Source: a virus (taxonomy: Duplodnaviria; Caudoviricetes). Taken from it: a DNA stretch of 35,731 nt. The stretch covers positions 1-35,731 of IMG/VR virus record IMGVR_UViG_3300005739_000012. One strand, 5' to 3'. A program made the translations under genes and the position numbers. Shown one piece after another: positions 17,624 through 30,670 of the stretch (its first letter is position 1; every line of letters starts with the position of its first letter). Under the pieces are notes generated by a model. That model ran no database searches and had not been told where the DNA came from. It saw only the letters and a list, made by a program, of their open reading frames with translations.

Positions 17624-17652
17624 CCGAGGCGACGGGGCAATCGACCGTCGCC
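17614..17652 (+). other. Programmed -1 frameshift signal
   Basis: A_AAA_AAC heptamer (17614-17620), 7-nt spacer, then stem GGCGACGG/CCGTCGCC (17628-17652). Confidence 0.85.
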
Positions 17653-17994
17653 GTGCCGTGGGACGCCGAGCAGTTCGTGCGGCGGGTGGTAGTGGAGGTG
17701 TCGCGGGACACGGGGCAACCCGTCCGCGTGGTAGCGGGGGAATCGTTTGCGATAACGCTCTGGATGTGGGCGGAGTTGCGGGCGATGGCGAAAGAAGCGA
17801 CGGTCGAGCGGATGGGGGAGCGGACGGACTTGGCAGGGCAGGTTGCCATCGCGTTCCATCAGCCGCAAGACTTGCAGAAGATGGAGATGCGGTACCTGAA
17901 GGCGGCGGGGCAGTTGTCGCAGATGTTTGACCAGACGCGGGAGCGGCTGACGGCCCTGTCTCAACGGATGGCGCAAGCCGTCGTAAAGGAGTAA
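17620..17994 (+). CDS. Frameshifted chaperone extension (gpT-like part of gpGT)
   Basis: The -1 frame is open from the slippery site to TAA at 17994, just before the tape measure gene. Confidence 0.8.
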   Translation: MTEATGQSTVAVPWDAEQFVRRVVVEVSRDTGQPVRVVAGESFAITLWMWAELRAMAKEATVERMGERTDLAGQVAIAFHQPQDLQKMEMRYLKAAGQLSQMFDQTRERLTALSQRMAQAVVKE

Positions 17995-17997
17995 GTC

Positions 17998-19605
17998 ATG
18001 CGGGTCTTTTCCGTTGAGATGCTGGTCAAGGAGGAAGGCGCGGCTACGGTGCAAGCCGCCCTGAACCGCCTCAAGAAAGAGACGCAAGCCGTCGCCGCTG
18101 ATATGAAGGTGACCGCGCAGGCCGTGACCAATACGGGATCGGCAATGCAAGGCGCGGCGAATCAAACACAGATTGCAGGCGACCGAGCGGCAAAGGCCGC
18201 GATTGGATTCGCGGCGGTCGGGCAGTCTATCGCTCGTACCGGATCGCTGACGGCAGACGCCGGAACGCGCATCATCGAAGCTGGCTCACAGATTTCGGCA
18301 ATGTTCGGCGCGGGCGGGTTGGTGGTCAGCGGTATCCTCGCTGGCCTTGCCGCTGTCACGACCGCGTTCTTCAGCACAAAGAAAGAGGTTGCCGACTTTA
18401 AGAAAACCCTTGACGGTCTGACCGATACGGCAAACCTTCAGGGATTGCAGGACGAGCTAGACAAGATCGTCAAGGGAACGGCGAGTAAGGAAGGCAAAGA
18501 CGCCATTACCGCGCAAGCGCAAGAGTTGGTACGCTTGCAGGAAGAATACAAGAAGTACGCAAATGTGACGGGCGCGGCGAGTTCCGAGCAGATTGAGCTT
18601 GCCAAGCAAATCAACACGCTCAAAGCCGAACTCGAAGATAAGCGCGACCGCATTGCGGACATCACGCAACGGATTGCGATTGCGTCTGATAAGGAACGTT
18701 TTCACACGACGGTTCTTGATAGAGAAGCCGAGGCAGAACGGCGCATTACAGCGGCAACGAAAGCCAGAGCCGAAGCACTCAAGCTGTTAGACGAAGCACT
18801 CACGCGCAATGCCGCTGTTCGTGCCGCAATTCAGGAGCGGGAGCGGGCGCGGATTGGCACGATGCCGTCTACAGTCGGTCAAACGACGTTCGGCACCGGC
18901 TTGGGTGTGGCTGGAAGTGTCGAGCGTATGGCGGAACAGAACGCGCCTGCTATTGCCGCCGCCGCCGCTCAAAGCTTCAAGACGCAAATGACCGCCGAGA
19001 TGCAAGGCATCACGCAGGGCCTTGCAACGATGACGATCCCGATTGACGAGTCGTTGATGCAGGCGGTGCAACTCGACAATTTGCAAGCCACACTTGCCGA
19101 CGGAATTAAACAGTCGATTGAAGGTGGCATCATCTCTGGCCTTGAGATGGGTTTGGCCTCTGGCAACATTGGCGACGCATTTCGGGCGATGGGCCAATCC
19201 ATCGTGCAATCGATGGCGCAGGCAATGGTGCGCGTGGCGCTTGCCGCCATCAAGTTTGGCGAACTGCTAACAAAGATTAAGACGTTTATGATGAACAATC
19301 CGGCGCTCGCGGTGGTCTCTGCAATTGCTTTGTTGACCATTGCACGGTCGATGGGCGGAGGCGTCAGCGGCACAGGAATGGCGGCTGTCGGTGGTGCTGG
19401 CGGATTGACCTATGCGCCGATGACGGCGGCGGCTCCGATGTCGCCTACCCAGCTCATCTTCGGGCAGACCTCCGCTACCACGGCGGCGGGCATGACGCCT
19501 CGGCAGTCGATGAACGTGACGGTAATCGGCCCGAACGATCCCTCGGCCCAGCGAGCGATTCAGGAACTGATGACGAAGGCGAATAGCCGTGGGAGGGTGG
19601 GCTGA
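17998..19605 (+). CDS. Tape measure protein
   Basis: Ala-rich helical 535-aa protein with hydrophobic segments; follows the G/GT chaperones. Confidence 0.88.
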   Translation: MRVFSVEMLVKEEGAATVQAALNRLKKETQAVAADMKVTAQAVTNTGSAMQGAANQTQIAGDRAAKAAIGFAAVGQSIARTGSLTADAGTRIIEAGSQISAMFGAGGLVVSGILAGLAAVTTAFFSTKKEVADFKKTLDGLTDTANLQGLQDELDKIVKGTASKEGKDAITAQAQELVRLQEEYKKYANVTGAASSEQIELAKQINTLKAELEDKRDRIADITQRIAIASDKERFHTTVLDREAEAERRITAATKARAEALKLLDEALTRNAAVRAAIQERERARIGTMPSTVGQTTFGTGLGVAGSVERMAEQNAPAIAAAAAQSFKTQMTAEMQGITQGLATMTIPIDESLMQAVQLDNLQATLADGIKQSIEGGIISGLEMGLASGNIGDAFRAMGQSIVQSMAQAMVRVALAAIKFGELLTKIKTFMMNNPALAVVSAIALLTIARSMGGGVSGTGMAAVGGAGGLTYAPMTAAAPMSPTQLIFGQTSATTAAGMTPRQSMNVTVIGPNDPSAQRAIQELMTKANSRGRVG

Positions 19606-20047
19606 TGGCAACCATCACGTTTACGGACGGCACCGGAGCCGCGACGCTGGATAACAGCACGACCAGCATCAGCACAGGGGTCGGATCGCGGTTCGCGGAC
19701 TGGACCCCGTTCCAGCGTCCAATCGGCCCTCGCGTTCCGGCCCTCGGCACCGGGCGTCCGTACCAGTTCCGGTTCCGCACCGACTACGGCGCGAGCTTTA
19801 CGATGACGGACATCCCGAACACCAGCATGGCGACGATGCTCCGCTGTCAGGAGTGGTTGCTTCGGGGCGAGGCCGTAACGGTCAACACCGGAGACGCGGC
19901 GAACCGGAGCTACACGACCTGCTATCTCGCGCCTGATGGCGATGTTACCATCACGTTGCAGGACAAGAACCTGCTCCTCTACTCGATGTCGTTCACGCTG
20001 ATTAACGGCGCGTCCTCACCGACCGCGATGCTCTGTCTCTACGACTG

Positions 20048-20048
<1 letters not shown>
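19605..20048 (+). CDS. Distal tail protein (putative)
   Basis: Position right after tape measure; beta-rich, 147 aa. Confidence 0.6.
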
Positions 20049-24427
<4,379 letters not shown>

Positions 24428-24430
24428 GCG

Positions 24431-24940
24431 ATGCCGATGTATTGGTGGGCCAACGCTTACAGCGTATTGCTGAAGGAGGATGGCGACAAGATTCTGCAAG
24501 AGGACGGCTCGGCCTTCATCACGGAAGGCAGTACCGTTGGCACGAGCTGGCGCCTGACGAATGATCTCTCCGTCTGGGATGGGTCGTGGAAGCCGGTCCT
24601 CAACTGCTGGATTTACAATGGCTCGGCGTGGAAGGTTTGCTACATTGACAACGCGATGAGCTTGGATGACTTCGACATCCTGAACGCTGGTGGCGGAACC
24701 CTTGTCATTTCGTGGGCCTACACCGGAACGAGGCCGCAGGACTGGCGCATCTATCTCGACAAGTCCACGGACAGCGGGGCGACCTATACGAACGTGGCAG
24801 ACTATGCGGTAACGGCAAGCCCGCAGAACTACAGCGGAAGCGCGTCCGACTGGTATCGGTTGCGCTTGGTCTTTGCAACAGATACTGTCTATCAGGCGAC
24901 CGGATCGCCCAAACTCCTCCAGCCTCCCTATCCCACATAA
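24431..24940 (+). CDS. Tail-associated protein
   Basis: LLKEDGDKILQEDG motif, WDGSWK/YNGSAWK repeats, FnIII-like C-terminus. Confidence 0.7.
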   Translation: MPMYWWANAYSVLLKEDGDKILQEDGSAFITEGSTVGTSWRLTNDLSVWDGSWKPVLNCWIYNGSAWKVCYIDNAMSLDDFDILNAGGGTLVISWAYTGTRPQDWRIYLDKSTDSGATYTNVADYAVTASPQNYSGSASDWYRLRLVFATDTVYQATGSPKLLQPPYPT

Positions 24941-26031
24941 TGCGCCTGCACCTGCTTGGTGTCCCTCACACCATCACGCACCCGCGCTTTTCGCATGATG
25001 CTTTCACGAACAAGGTCCGCTACTTCGGGCCGATGATGCGTGGCCTCGGCTATGAGGTCGTGCATTACGGCGTCGAAGGTTCGCAGAGTGGCGCGACGGA
25101 AGATGTCACGCTCATGAGCGAGGACGAGTTCTACGATATGCTCGGGCATCGGCTCGAGGACAAACAGCGAATGCACGTGACGGATGCCCGCACGGATTCG
25201 GTGCTATACCGCACCTTCAATGCACGACTGCGGGAACAGCTTGCCAAGCACGTGCGGAAGGGCGATGTCGTGCTACACTCGCTTGGCACGGGCCATCAGG
25301 GGTCGATCGGGAGCCACGACGGAACCGACTGCGAGCTAGGCATCGGCTATCCCCAGAGCTACCTGCCATTTCGCATCTTCGAGACGGCGATGTGGATGCA
25401 TTACCATCAGGCCAAGTTCGGGCGTGGCGTGACGGCGTACGAGTGGGTGATCCCGCCTTACTTCGAGGCCGACGAGTGGCCCATCAACACGAAACCTAGC
25501 ACGCCGGCCTATTGCGCGTTCCTCGGGCGTATCTCCGAGACAAAGGGCTGTCATCTCATTGTCGAGATTGCCAAGCGGATGCCCGAGATGCGCTTCGTGT
25601 TGTGCGGGCAGGGTGACCCAACGCCGTTCTTGGTAGCGCCGAATATCGAATACAAGGAGCCAATTCACGGCGCCGAGCGAGCCGCCTATCTTGGCAACGC
25701 GGTGGCCTGTCTGTACCCGAGCCAGTATGCCGAACCGGGTGGGGCGTCGGCGCTGGAGGCCATTCTCTGCGGGACGCCGGTGATCACGCCGAGCTATGGG
25801 TGCTTCCTCGAAACCGTCACGCACGGCGTGACGGGGTGGCATTGCCGCGTGCTAAATGACTGGGTTGAGGCCATCCGTCGGGCGCCATTGATGAACCGCA
25901 CGGCGATCGGCATCGAGGCACGGCGACGGTTCAGTCTGCCCGCCGTGGCGCCGCTGTATGCGGACGCGATGGAGATGTTGCACGGATTGGCGATGGGCCG
26001 CGACTGGTACACTTATCCCGCGAGAATCTGA
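24940..26031 (+). CDS. Glycosyltransferase family 4-like, paralog 1
   Basis: TAATG-coupled start; FLGRISETKG; EPGGASALE (EX7E); AILCGTPVI. Confidence 0.9.
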   Translation: MRLHLLGVPHTITHPRFSHDAFTNKVRYFGPMMRGLGYEVVHYGVEGSQSGATEDVTLMSEDEFYDMLGHRLEDKQRMHVTDARTDSVLYRTFNARLREQLAKHVRKGDVVLHSLGTGHQGSIGSHDGTDCELGIGYPQSYLPFRIFETAMWMHYHQAKFGRGVTAYEWVIPPYFEADEWPINTKPSTPAYCAFLGRISETKGCHLIVEIAKRMPEMRFVLCGQGDPTPFLVAPNIEYKEPIHGAERAAYLGNAVACLYPSQYAEPGGASALEAILCGTPVITPSYGCFLETVTHGVTGWHCRVLNDWVEAIRRAPLMNRTAIGIEARRRFSLPAVAPLYADAMEMLHGLAMGRDWYTYPARI

Positions 26032-27146
26032 TGCGCCTGCACTTGCTTGGAATTCCGCACACGGTCACGACGAAGGACTTCGCGCACTGCGCCTTCACGC
26101 AAAAAGTGAGAAAACTTTCGCGCATGATGGTCCCGCTCGGCTATGAGGTGATCCACTACGGCGTTGAGGGGTCCGACTCTGGGGCGTCCGAAGATGTCGT
26201 GCTGATGGGGCAGGAGGAACACCAGCGGCTCCTCGGGCATCCGTACAACCACGACCCGGCGGCGTTCTACGGCAATGACGCACAGGCCGACTCCGAGGTG
26301 TACCGGCAGTGGAACCTCTACGCCCGCGACGAGCTGAAGCAACGCGTTGAGCCGGGCGACTGCATCCTGCTCCCCTTCGGTCACGCGCACGCGCCCGCAA
26401 TCCGCGACCTGCCCAACCTGAAAGCTGGGGCGTCGGCGGTGGAGTCAGGCATCGGCTACTTCGACACGCTGTTGCCGTGGCGGATCTACGAGTCCGAGGC
26501 CGTCAGGCATGGGTGCATGGCGAAGGAGGGGCGGGCTGGGGTGCATAGCTCCTCGGCGCGTCTCGAGTTTGTGGTGCCGAACTCGTATGACGTAGACGAG
26601 TGGCCCGAGGGTCCGGGCGGGGAGGCGGTCGTATTCTTGGGGCGGCTGACCGAAGGCAAGGGGTTGCCCCTGATTCTGGAGCTGGCGCGGCTTCGGCCTG
26701 ACGTGCCGTTCAAGCTGGCTGGGCAAGGCGACCTTACCCAATTCGGGCAGGTTCCTACCAATGTTGAGTACATCGGCCCAATCAACGCGGAGCGGGCGGC
26801 GTACCTCGGGAACGCTCGAGCCATCATCGCTCCTTCGCACTACATCGAGCCGTTCTGCGGGACGGTGGTGGAAGCGGCCCTCTGCGGGACTCCGGCAATC
26901 ACCTCGAGCTTCGGCGCGTTCACGGAGACCGTTGCGCAGGATCGGACCGGGTTCCGGTGCCAGACCATCCGGCAGTACCTCGATGCGATCGATGCCGTGG
27001 CTGGCTTGAACCGAAAGGACGTTCGCGCTCGGGCGCGGCGGCTGTACGGCTTGCGGTCGGTGGGGCGGGCCTACGATGCGGCGTTCCGCGTGATTGAGGA
27101 GCGGACAAAGGCCGGCGCCTTCCCGACTTCTGGCTGGAACGCTTGA
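26031..27146 (+). CDS. Glycosyltransferase family 4-like, paralog 2
   Basis: FLGRLTEGKG; EPFCGTVVE (EX7E); N-terminus closely similar to paralog 1 (MRLHLLGxPHT, LGYEVxHYGVEGS). Confidence 0.9.
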   Translation: MRLHLLGIPHTVTTKDFAHCAFTQKVRKLSRMMVPLGYEVIHYGVEGSDSGASEDVVLMGQEEHQRLLGHPYNHDPAAFYGNDAQADSEVYRQWNLYARDELKQRVEPGDCILLPFGHAHAPAIRDLPNLKAGASAVESGIGYFDTLLPWRIYESEAVRHGCMAKEGRAGVHSSSARLEFVVPNSYDVDEWPEGPGGEAVVFLGRLTEGKGLPLILELARLRPDVPFKLAGQGDLTQFGQVPTNVEYIGPINAERAAYLGNARAIIAPSHYIEPFCGTVVEAALCGTPAITSSFGAFTETVAQDRTGFRCQTIRQYLDAIDAVAGLNRKDVRARARRLYGLRSVGRAYDAAFRVIEERTKAGAFPTSGWNA

Positions 27147-27189
27147 CCGCCGTGTATATTTATGCATGACCCTTTTGTGAGGTAGGCCG

Positions 27190-27471
27190 ATGGACCGTCA
27201 AGAACTCATGCTCCTCATCGCTGGCTTCACCGGGTCTGTGATCAGCGTGTTGAGCAAGAAGACGAACAGCCTGCGGGACTCCCTGCTCGCTATTTTCGCC
27301 GGGACGGGTTCGGCCTACTTCCTGACCCCGCTCATGTTCTCGGTGACCGGAGTGGAGGCCAGCCCCAACACGCAGTCCGCGATGGCCTTCCTCCTCGGCG
27401 TCCTCGGGATGCGAACGGTGGATCTGATCGTCGGCAAGTTCTTCCCTGACAGCAAAGGCGTCAGTCTCTAG
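27190..27471 (+). CDS. Holin (putative)
   Basis: 93 aa, three hydrophobic segments, GAGG SD, directly before the endolysin. Confidence 0.75.
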   Translation: MDRQELMLLIAGFTGSVISVLSKKTNSLRDSLLAIFAGTGSAYFLTPLMFSVTGVEASPNTQSAMAFLLGVLGMRTVDLIVGKFFPDSKGVSL

Positions 27472-27929
27472 TGCCTCGCCTCGATAGCCCGAACCACTCG
27501 GCCCGCCCCAACGAGGCTCGGCCTCGGGTTATCGTCCTCCACGCGACCGGCCCCGGCGCACTCCGGGGCATTCTGGACTGGCTCAAAACGCCCGCCAGCA
27601 AGGTCAGTTACCACGGCCTCATTGCCTCCGACGGCACCTACTACAGCCTCGTCAGTCCCGAGCGGGCCGCGTGGCACGCGGGGGTCTCGGAATGGAACGG
27701 CGTCAAGAACATCAACGGCATCTCGCTTGGGCTAGCCTTTGTCAACCCGAACGATGGCAAGACGCCCATCACGCCCCAGCAAATCGCCATCGCCAAAGCG
27801 GTCATCCAGTATTGGCGGCAAAACTACCCGATTGAGGCCGTGACGACTCACGCGGCGGTCGCTACGCCGAAGGGCCGCAAGACGGACCCCGAACAAGCCC
27901 CGAACTTTAACCTGCTGGACTTCGTGTGA
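27471..27929 (+). CDS. Endolysin, N-acetylmuramoyl-L-alanine amidase (Amidase_2)
   Basis: IVLHAT, VSYH, AWHAG, THAAVA..GRKTDP. Confidence 0.92.
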   Translation: MPRLDSPNHSARPNEARPRVIVLHATGPGALRGILDWLKTPASKVSYHGLIASDGTYYSLVSPERAAWHAGVSEWNGVKNINGISLGLAFVNPNDGKTPITPQQIAIAKAVIQYWRQNYPIEAVTTHAAVATPKGRKTDPEQAPNFNLLDFV

Positions 27930-28474
27930 CGGATGACCGGCTGTTCACGCTCGCGCTGGTCGCGATCGCGGTCGGGCTACTCCTGATCCCCTCGGGCGGG
28001 GAAAGTCCGTCAGAGGCCCGTATAGCGCAATTGGAGGCCACCGTGGAGGACTTGCAGACCCAGCTCGACAACGCCCGGCGGTCTTCCGACCGAGCCGCCC
28101 AGCAGGTGCAGGTCAAGCGGAACGCCATCAAGACGCCCGACTTCCGGTTGTCGGTGGACTCCGCGATGTCGGTCGCCCTCGATAGCTCCGCGACGATCAA
28201 GCAACTGCGGGTCGCGCTTGTCAAAACCGTGGAGGAGGCGGAGGCGTATCAGCGGCAGGTCTTGCGGTATCAAGAGGCCGTTGACAGTTTATTGATAGCG
28301 CACGTGCAAGAGCGGCAAGCGGTTACCGTGCAGATGGATACGTTGACCGCGTTGGCGCAGGCGCGTGGGTCGATGCGGTGTGCCATCTGGGGTGTGCCGT
28401 GTCCCAACCGAACGACCGCGTTCTTGCTTGGCGTTGGGTCGGCCCTTCTCTTGGCAGTCGCGGTGGCACTCTAG
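27926..28474 (+). CDS. Spanin-like membrane protein
   Basis: N-terminal TM, long coiled coil, C-terminal TM; follows the endolysin. Confidence 0.55.
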   Translation: MTDDRLFTLALVAIAVGLLLIPSGGESPSEARIAQLEATVEDLQTQLDNARRSSDRAAQQVQVKRNAIKTPDFRLSVDSAMSVALDSSATIKQLRVALVKTVEEAEAYQRQVLRYQEAVDSLLIAHVQERQAVTVQMDTLTALAQARGSMRCAIWGVPCPNRTTAFLLGVGSALLLAVAVAL

Positions 28475-28477
28475 GAG

Positions 28478-28711
28478 ATGCCCACGATGCCGAACTGTGT
28501 CCGCGTGATCTGCCCTGACTGCGGCGGGACTTCGACCGACTCGCACTTCCCGGCCTGCGGCTGGTGCTTGGATGGCGGGTTCATTGACATCGACCGCCAT
28601 CTTGACGGATCAGTCCCTTTGATGCACCCTGATGGGCGGACGGTCCATCTGTTTGTTCCCCCGGCCTCCCCATTCGATGCCTCTACGTCACGACCACGTA
28701 GCGTGGTCTAA
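28478..28711 (+). CDS. Small Zn-finger protein
   Basis: CPDCGG...CGWCLDGG; AGGAG SD suits the ATG at 28487. Confidence 0.6.
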   Translation: MPTMPNCVRVICPDCGGTSTDSHFPACGWCLDGGFIDIDRHLDGSVPLMHPDGRTVHLFVPPASPFDASTSRPRSVV

Positions 28712-30005
28712 ACAAGAACTGGCTCGCTGTGCGGCGTTAACGGCGCAGGGCTTGAGCGCGGAGGACACGGCGAAGCGGCTCAACGCCGAGTTCCACGACG
28801 GCAACCCTGCTCGCCGCGAGGCGTCGGTCAAGATGGTGCGGCAGAAGCAGGGCTGGAAGGTCGGCCCCAAGCCGAAGGCGCCTCTGCCGGATGTGCCGGG
28901 CAAGGAGACGGAGCAGGAGGTCCAGCACTCCGCGAGCGAGGCTGGCATCGAGGCCAGAGCCAACGGCAAGCGCATCAAGACGGTCGAGGATTTGCTCGCG
29001 CACATTGGCGCTGACCTGACCAAGTTCGAGGTCTCCGAGAGTCAGGCGACCAAATACGAGGTAGCGACCAAAGACCCGATGACCGGCGAGGTCAGCACGA
29101 CCGAACTGCACCGCGTATTTGTCAAGCTCAAGCCGAAGGCGGGGCCTAACATCCTTGAAGCTGTCGAGGCGATGATTGCCGGGGCGTATAGCAAACGCAA
29201 TACACCCATAACGCGCCGCGTTACGAAAGTCACAGGCGAGACTTTACAGGCGCTGGTCTTGGCAGACCCGCACATTGGCAAGTACGCGTGGGGGAAGGAG
29301 ACGGGATGGGAAGACTACGACATCTCAATCGCCACGCGGCTGATCCGCGAGTCCGTAGCCGAACTGCTGGACACCAAGCAACCCGCTGGCAAGCTGGCGC
29401 TCTGGTGCTTGGGCGATCTGTTGCACTACGACACGCCCCACGGCACCACGACCAAAGGCACCCCGCTCGACCGCGATGGGAGGGTCGAGAAGATGCTCGA
29501 GGAGGCCGTGGCGACGCTCTGCGATGTCATATCTGACATGGCCCAGCGGACTACCACCGAGGTCGTGCTGGTTCCGGGCAATCACGATGCAGTCATGACG
29601 GTTGCCTTGCGTCAGATTCTGTCGGCGGAGTTCCGAGGCCACCCGAATGTTACCATAAACACCACCAATACCACCCGAAAGTATGTGACGCACGGACGTT
29701 GCCTGATCGGGTTAACGCACGGCGACAAAGCGCAGAAGCATTTGGGCGAACTGATGGCGTTAGAGGCGCGTCAACACTGGAGCGAGACCCTACTTCGTGA
29801 GGTACATCACGGACACCGGCACTCCGAGGCGGCAGTCACCACGGTCGGCGGCGTGACGATCCGTCAACACCCGGCCCTCTGCCCGCCCGACGGTTGGCAC
29901 GCGTCCGAGGGTTACGTCGGCGCACCGCGAGCGATGGACTCCTACACCTACCACGCGGACGGCTATCTTGTAGGCATGACGCGAGCCACCGTCAAGCCCT
30001 CATGA
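28677..30005 (+). CDS. Calcineurin-like metallophosphoesterase with N-terminal HTH-like region
   Basis: DPH, GDLLH, GNHD, THGD, HGHRH motifs; start uncertain. Confidence 0.85.
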   Translation: MPLRHDHVAWSKQELARCAALTAQGLSAEDTAKRLNAEFHDGNPARREASVKMVRQKQGWKVGPKPKAPLPDVPGKETEQEVQHSASEAGIEARANGKRIKTVEDLLAHIGADLTKFEVSESQATKYEVATKDPMTGEVSTTELHRVFVKLKPKAGPNILEAVEAMIAGAYSKRNTPITRRVTKVTGETLQALVLADPHIGKYAWGKETGWEDYDISIATRLIRESVAELLDTKQPAGKLALWCLGDLLHYDTPHGTTTKGTPLDRDGRVEKMLEEAVATLCDVISDMAQRTTTEVVLVPGNHDAVMTVALRQILSAEFRGHPNVTINTTNTTRKYVTHGRCLIGLTHGDKAQKHLGELMALEARQHWSETLLREVHHGHRHSEAAVTTVGGVTIRQHPALCPPDGWHASEGYVGAPRAMDSYTYHADGYLVGMTRATVKPS

Positions 30006-30229
30006 CCGAGCGACCGACCTGCCGCGACTGGTCGCCTATCCCATGCCCGGAGCGCAAGGCGGCGCGGGATCGGGGAGACATCAGCTATCTCTGGGGACTC
30101 GGCTGGGTCTGGTGGAAGTCGAAGGACGTAATTACACCGTGGGTACGCTGTCCGTGGTGCGACGGGCTGTTGCCATCGATGGAAAAGATCGTGCGGAATG
30201 GTATCCTGTATGGGTGGCCCGATGACTAG
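30002..30229 (+). CDS. Small Cys/Trp-rich hypothetical protein
   Basis: ATGA-coupled start; C..C...CPWC. Confidence 0.6.
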   Translation: MTERPTCRDWSPIPCPERKAARDRGDISYLWGLGWVWWKSKDVITPWVRCPWCDGLLPSMEKIVRNGILYGWPDD

Positions 30230-30509
30230 GCGCAAGTCCAACCCGTTCACGAACCGCAAGGCCACCGTCTCCGTGCACCGAAACGGCCTGTCCATCGAGA
30301 TTGCGGATGTGCAGGCAACGGACTCGGGCGCAGTTGCCAAAGAGTTGCTGGATATGATGCGGACGCTGATCCACGCGGGCTACGAGGAGCTGATTGTTGA
30401 CGCGGGGTCTCTGCATGGCGGCGGGTTTGAGACGCCGGACGAGGAGGGCGTGGAGGACTGGACGATGCCGCCCGAGGCCCGGCGGCGGAAGATTGGCTTC
30501 CACTCTTGA
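30222..30509 (+). CDS. Hypothetical protein ending RRRKIGFHS
   Basis: Overlaps the upstream stop; last gene before a promoter. Confidence 0.65.
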   Translation: MTRRKSNPFTNRKATVSVHRNGLSIEIADVQATDSGAVAKELLDMMRTLIHAGYEELIVDAGSLHGGGFETPDEEGVEDWTMPPEARRRKIGFHS

Positions 30510-30533
30510 CAGGCTAGGAACGGCCTTTAGATT
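30506..30533 (+). promoter_or_regulatory. Putative sigma70-type promoter
   Basis: TTGACA (30506-30511), 16 nt, TAGATT (30528-30533). Confidence 0.6.
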
Positions 30534-30538
30534 ATTCG

Positions 30539-30661
30539 GTGCGGTGTCGTCAGAAGCATCGCGCAGAAGTCACAAGTGATGGCCCCGCTAGTATCTCCTG
30601 CTCTTTCCCTCTACGGGGGTCGAGCCTTCTGACAGGAGAGAACGCGGGGCCGTTTCTTTTT
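30539..30661 (+). promoter_or_regulatory. Structured leader with terminator-like stem (candidate attenuator)
   Basis: Hairpin 30539-30564; stem GGCCCCGC/GCGGGGCC (30581-30651) followed by a T-rich tract just before the SD. Confidence 0.6.
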
Positions 30662-30670
30662 GAGGACACA

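Noticed and set aside
24712-24939. Upstream extensions given by the ORF track (also 30539, 34913, 3004, 32695)
   Set aside because: They overlap real genes or RNA elements; paralog alignment, SD sites and stop-start coupling support the later starts.
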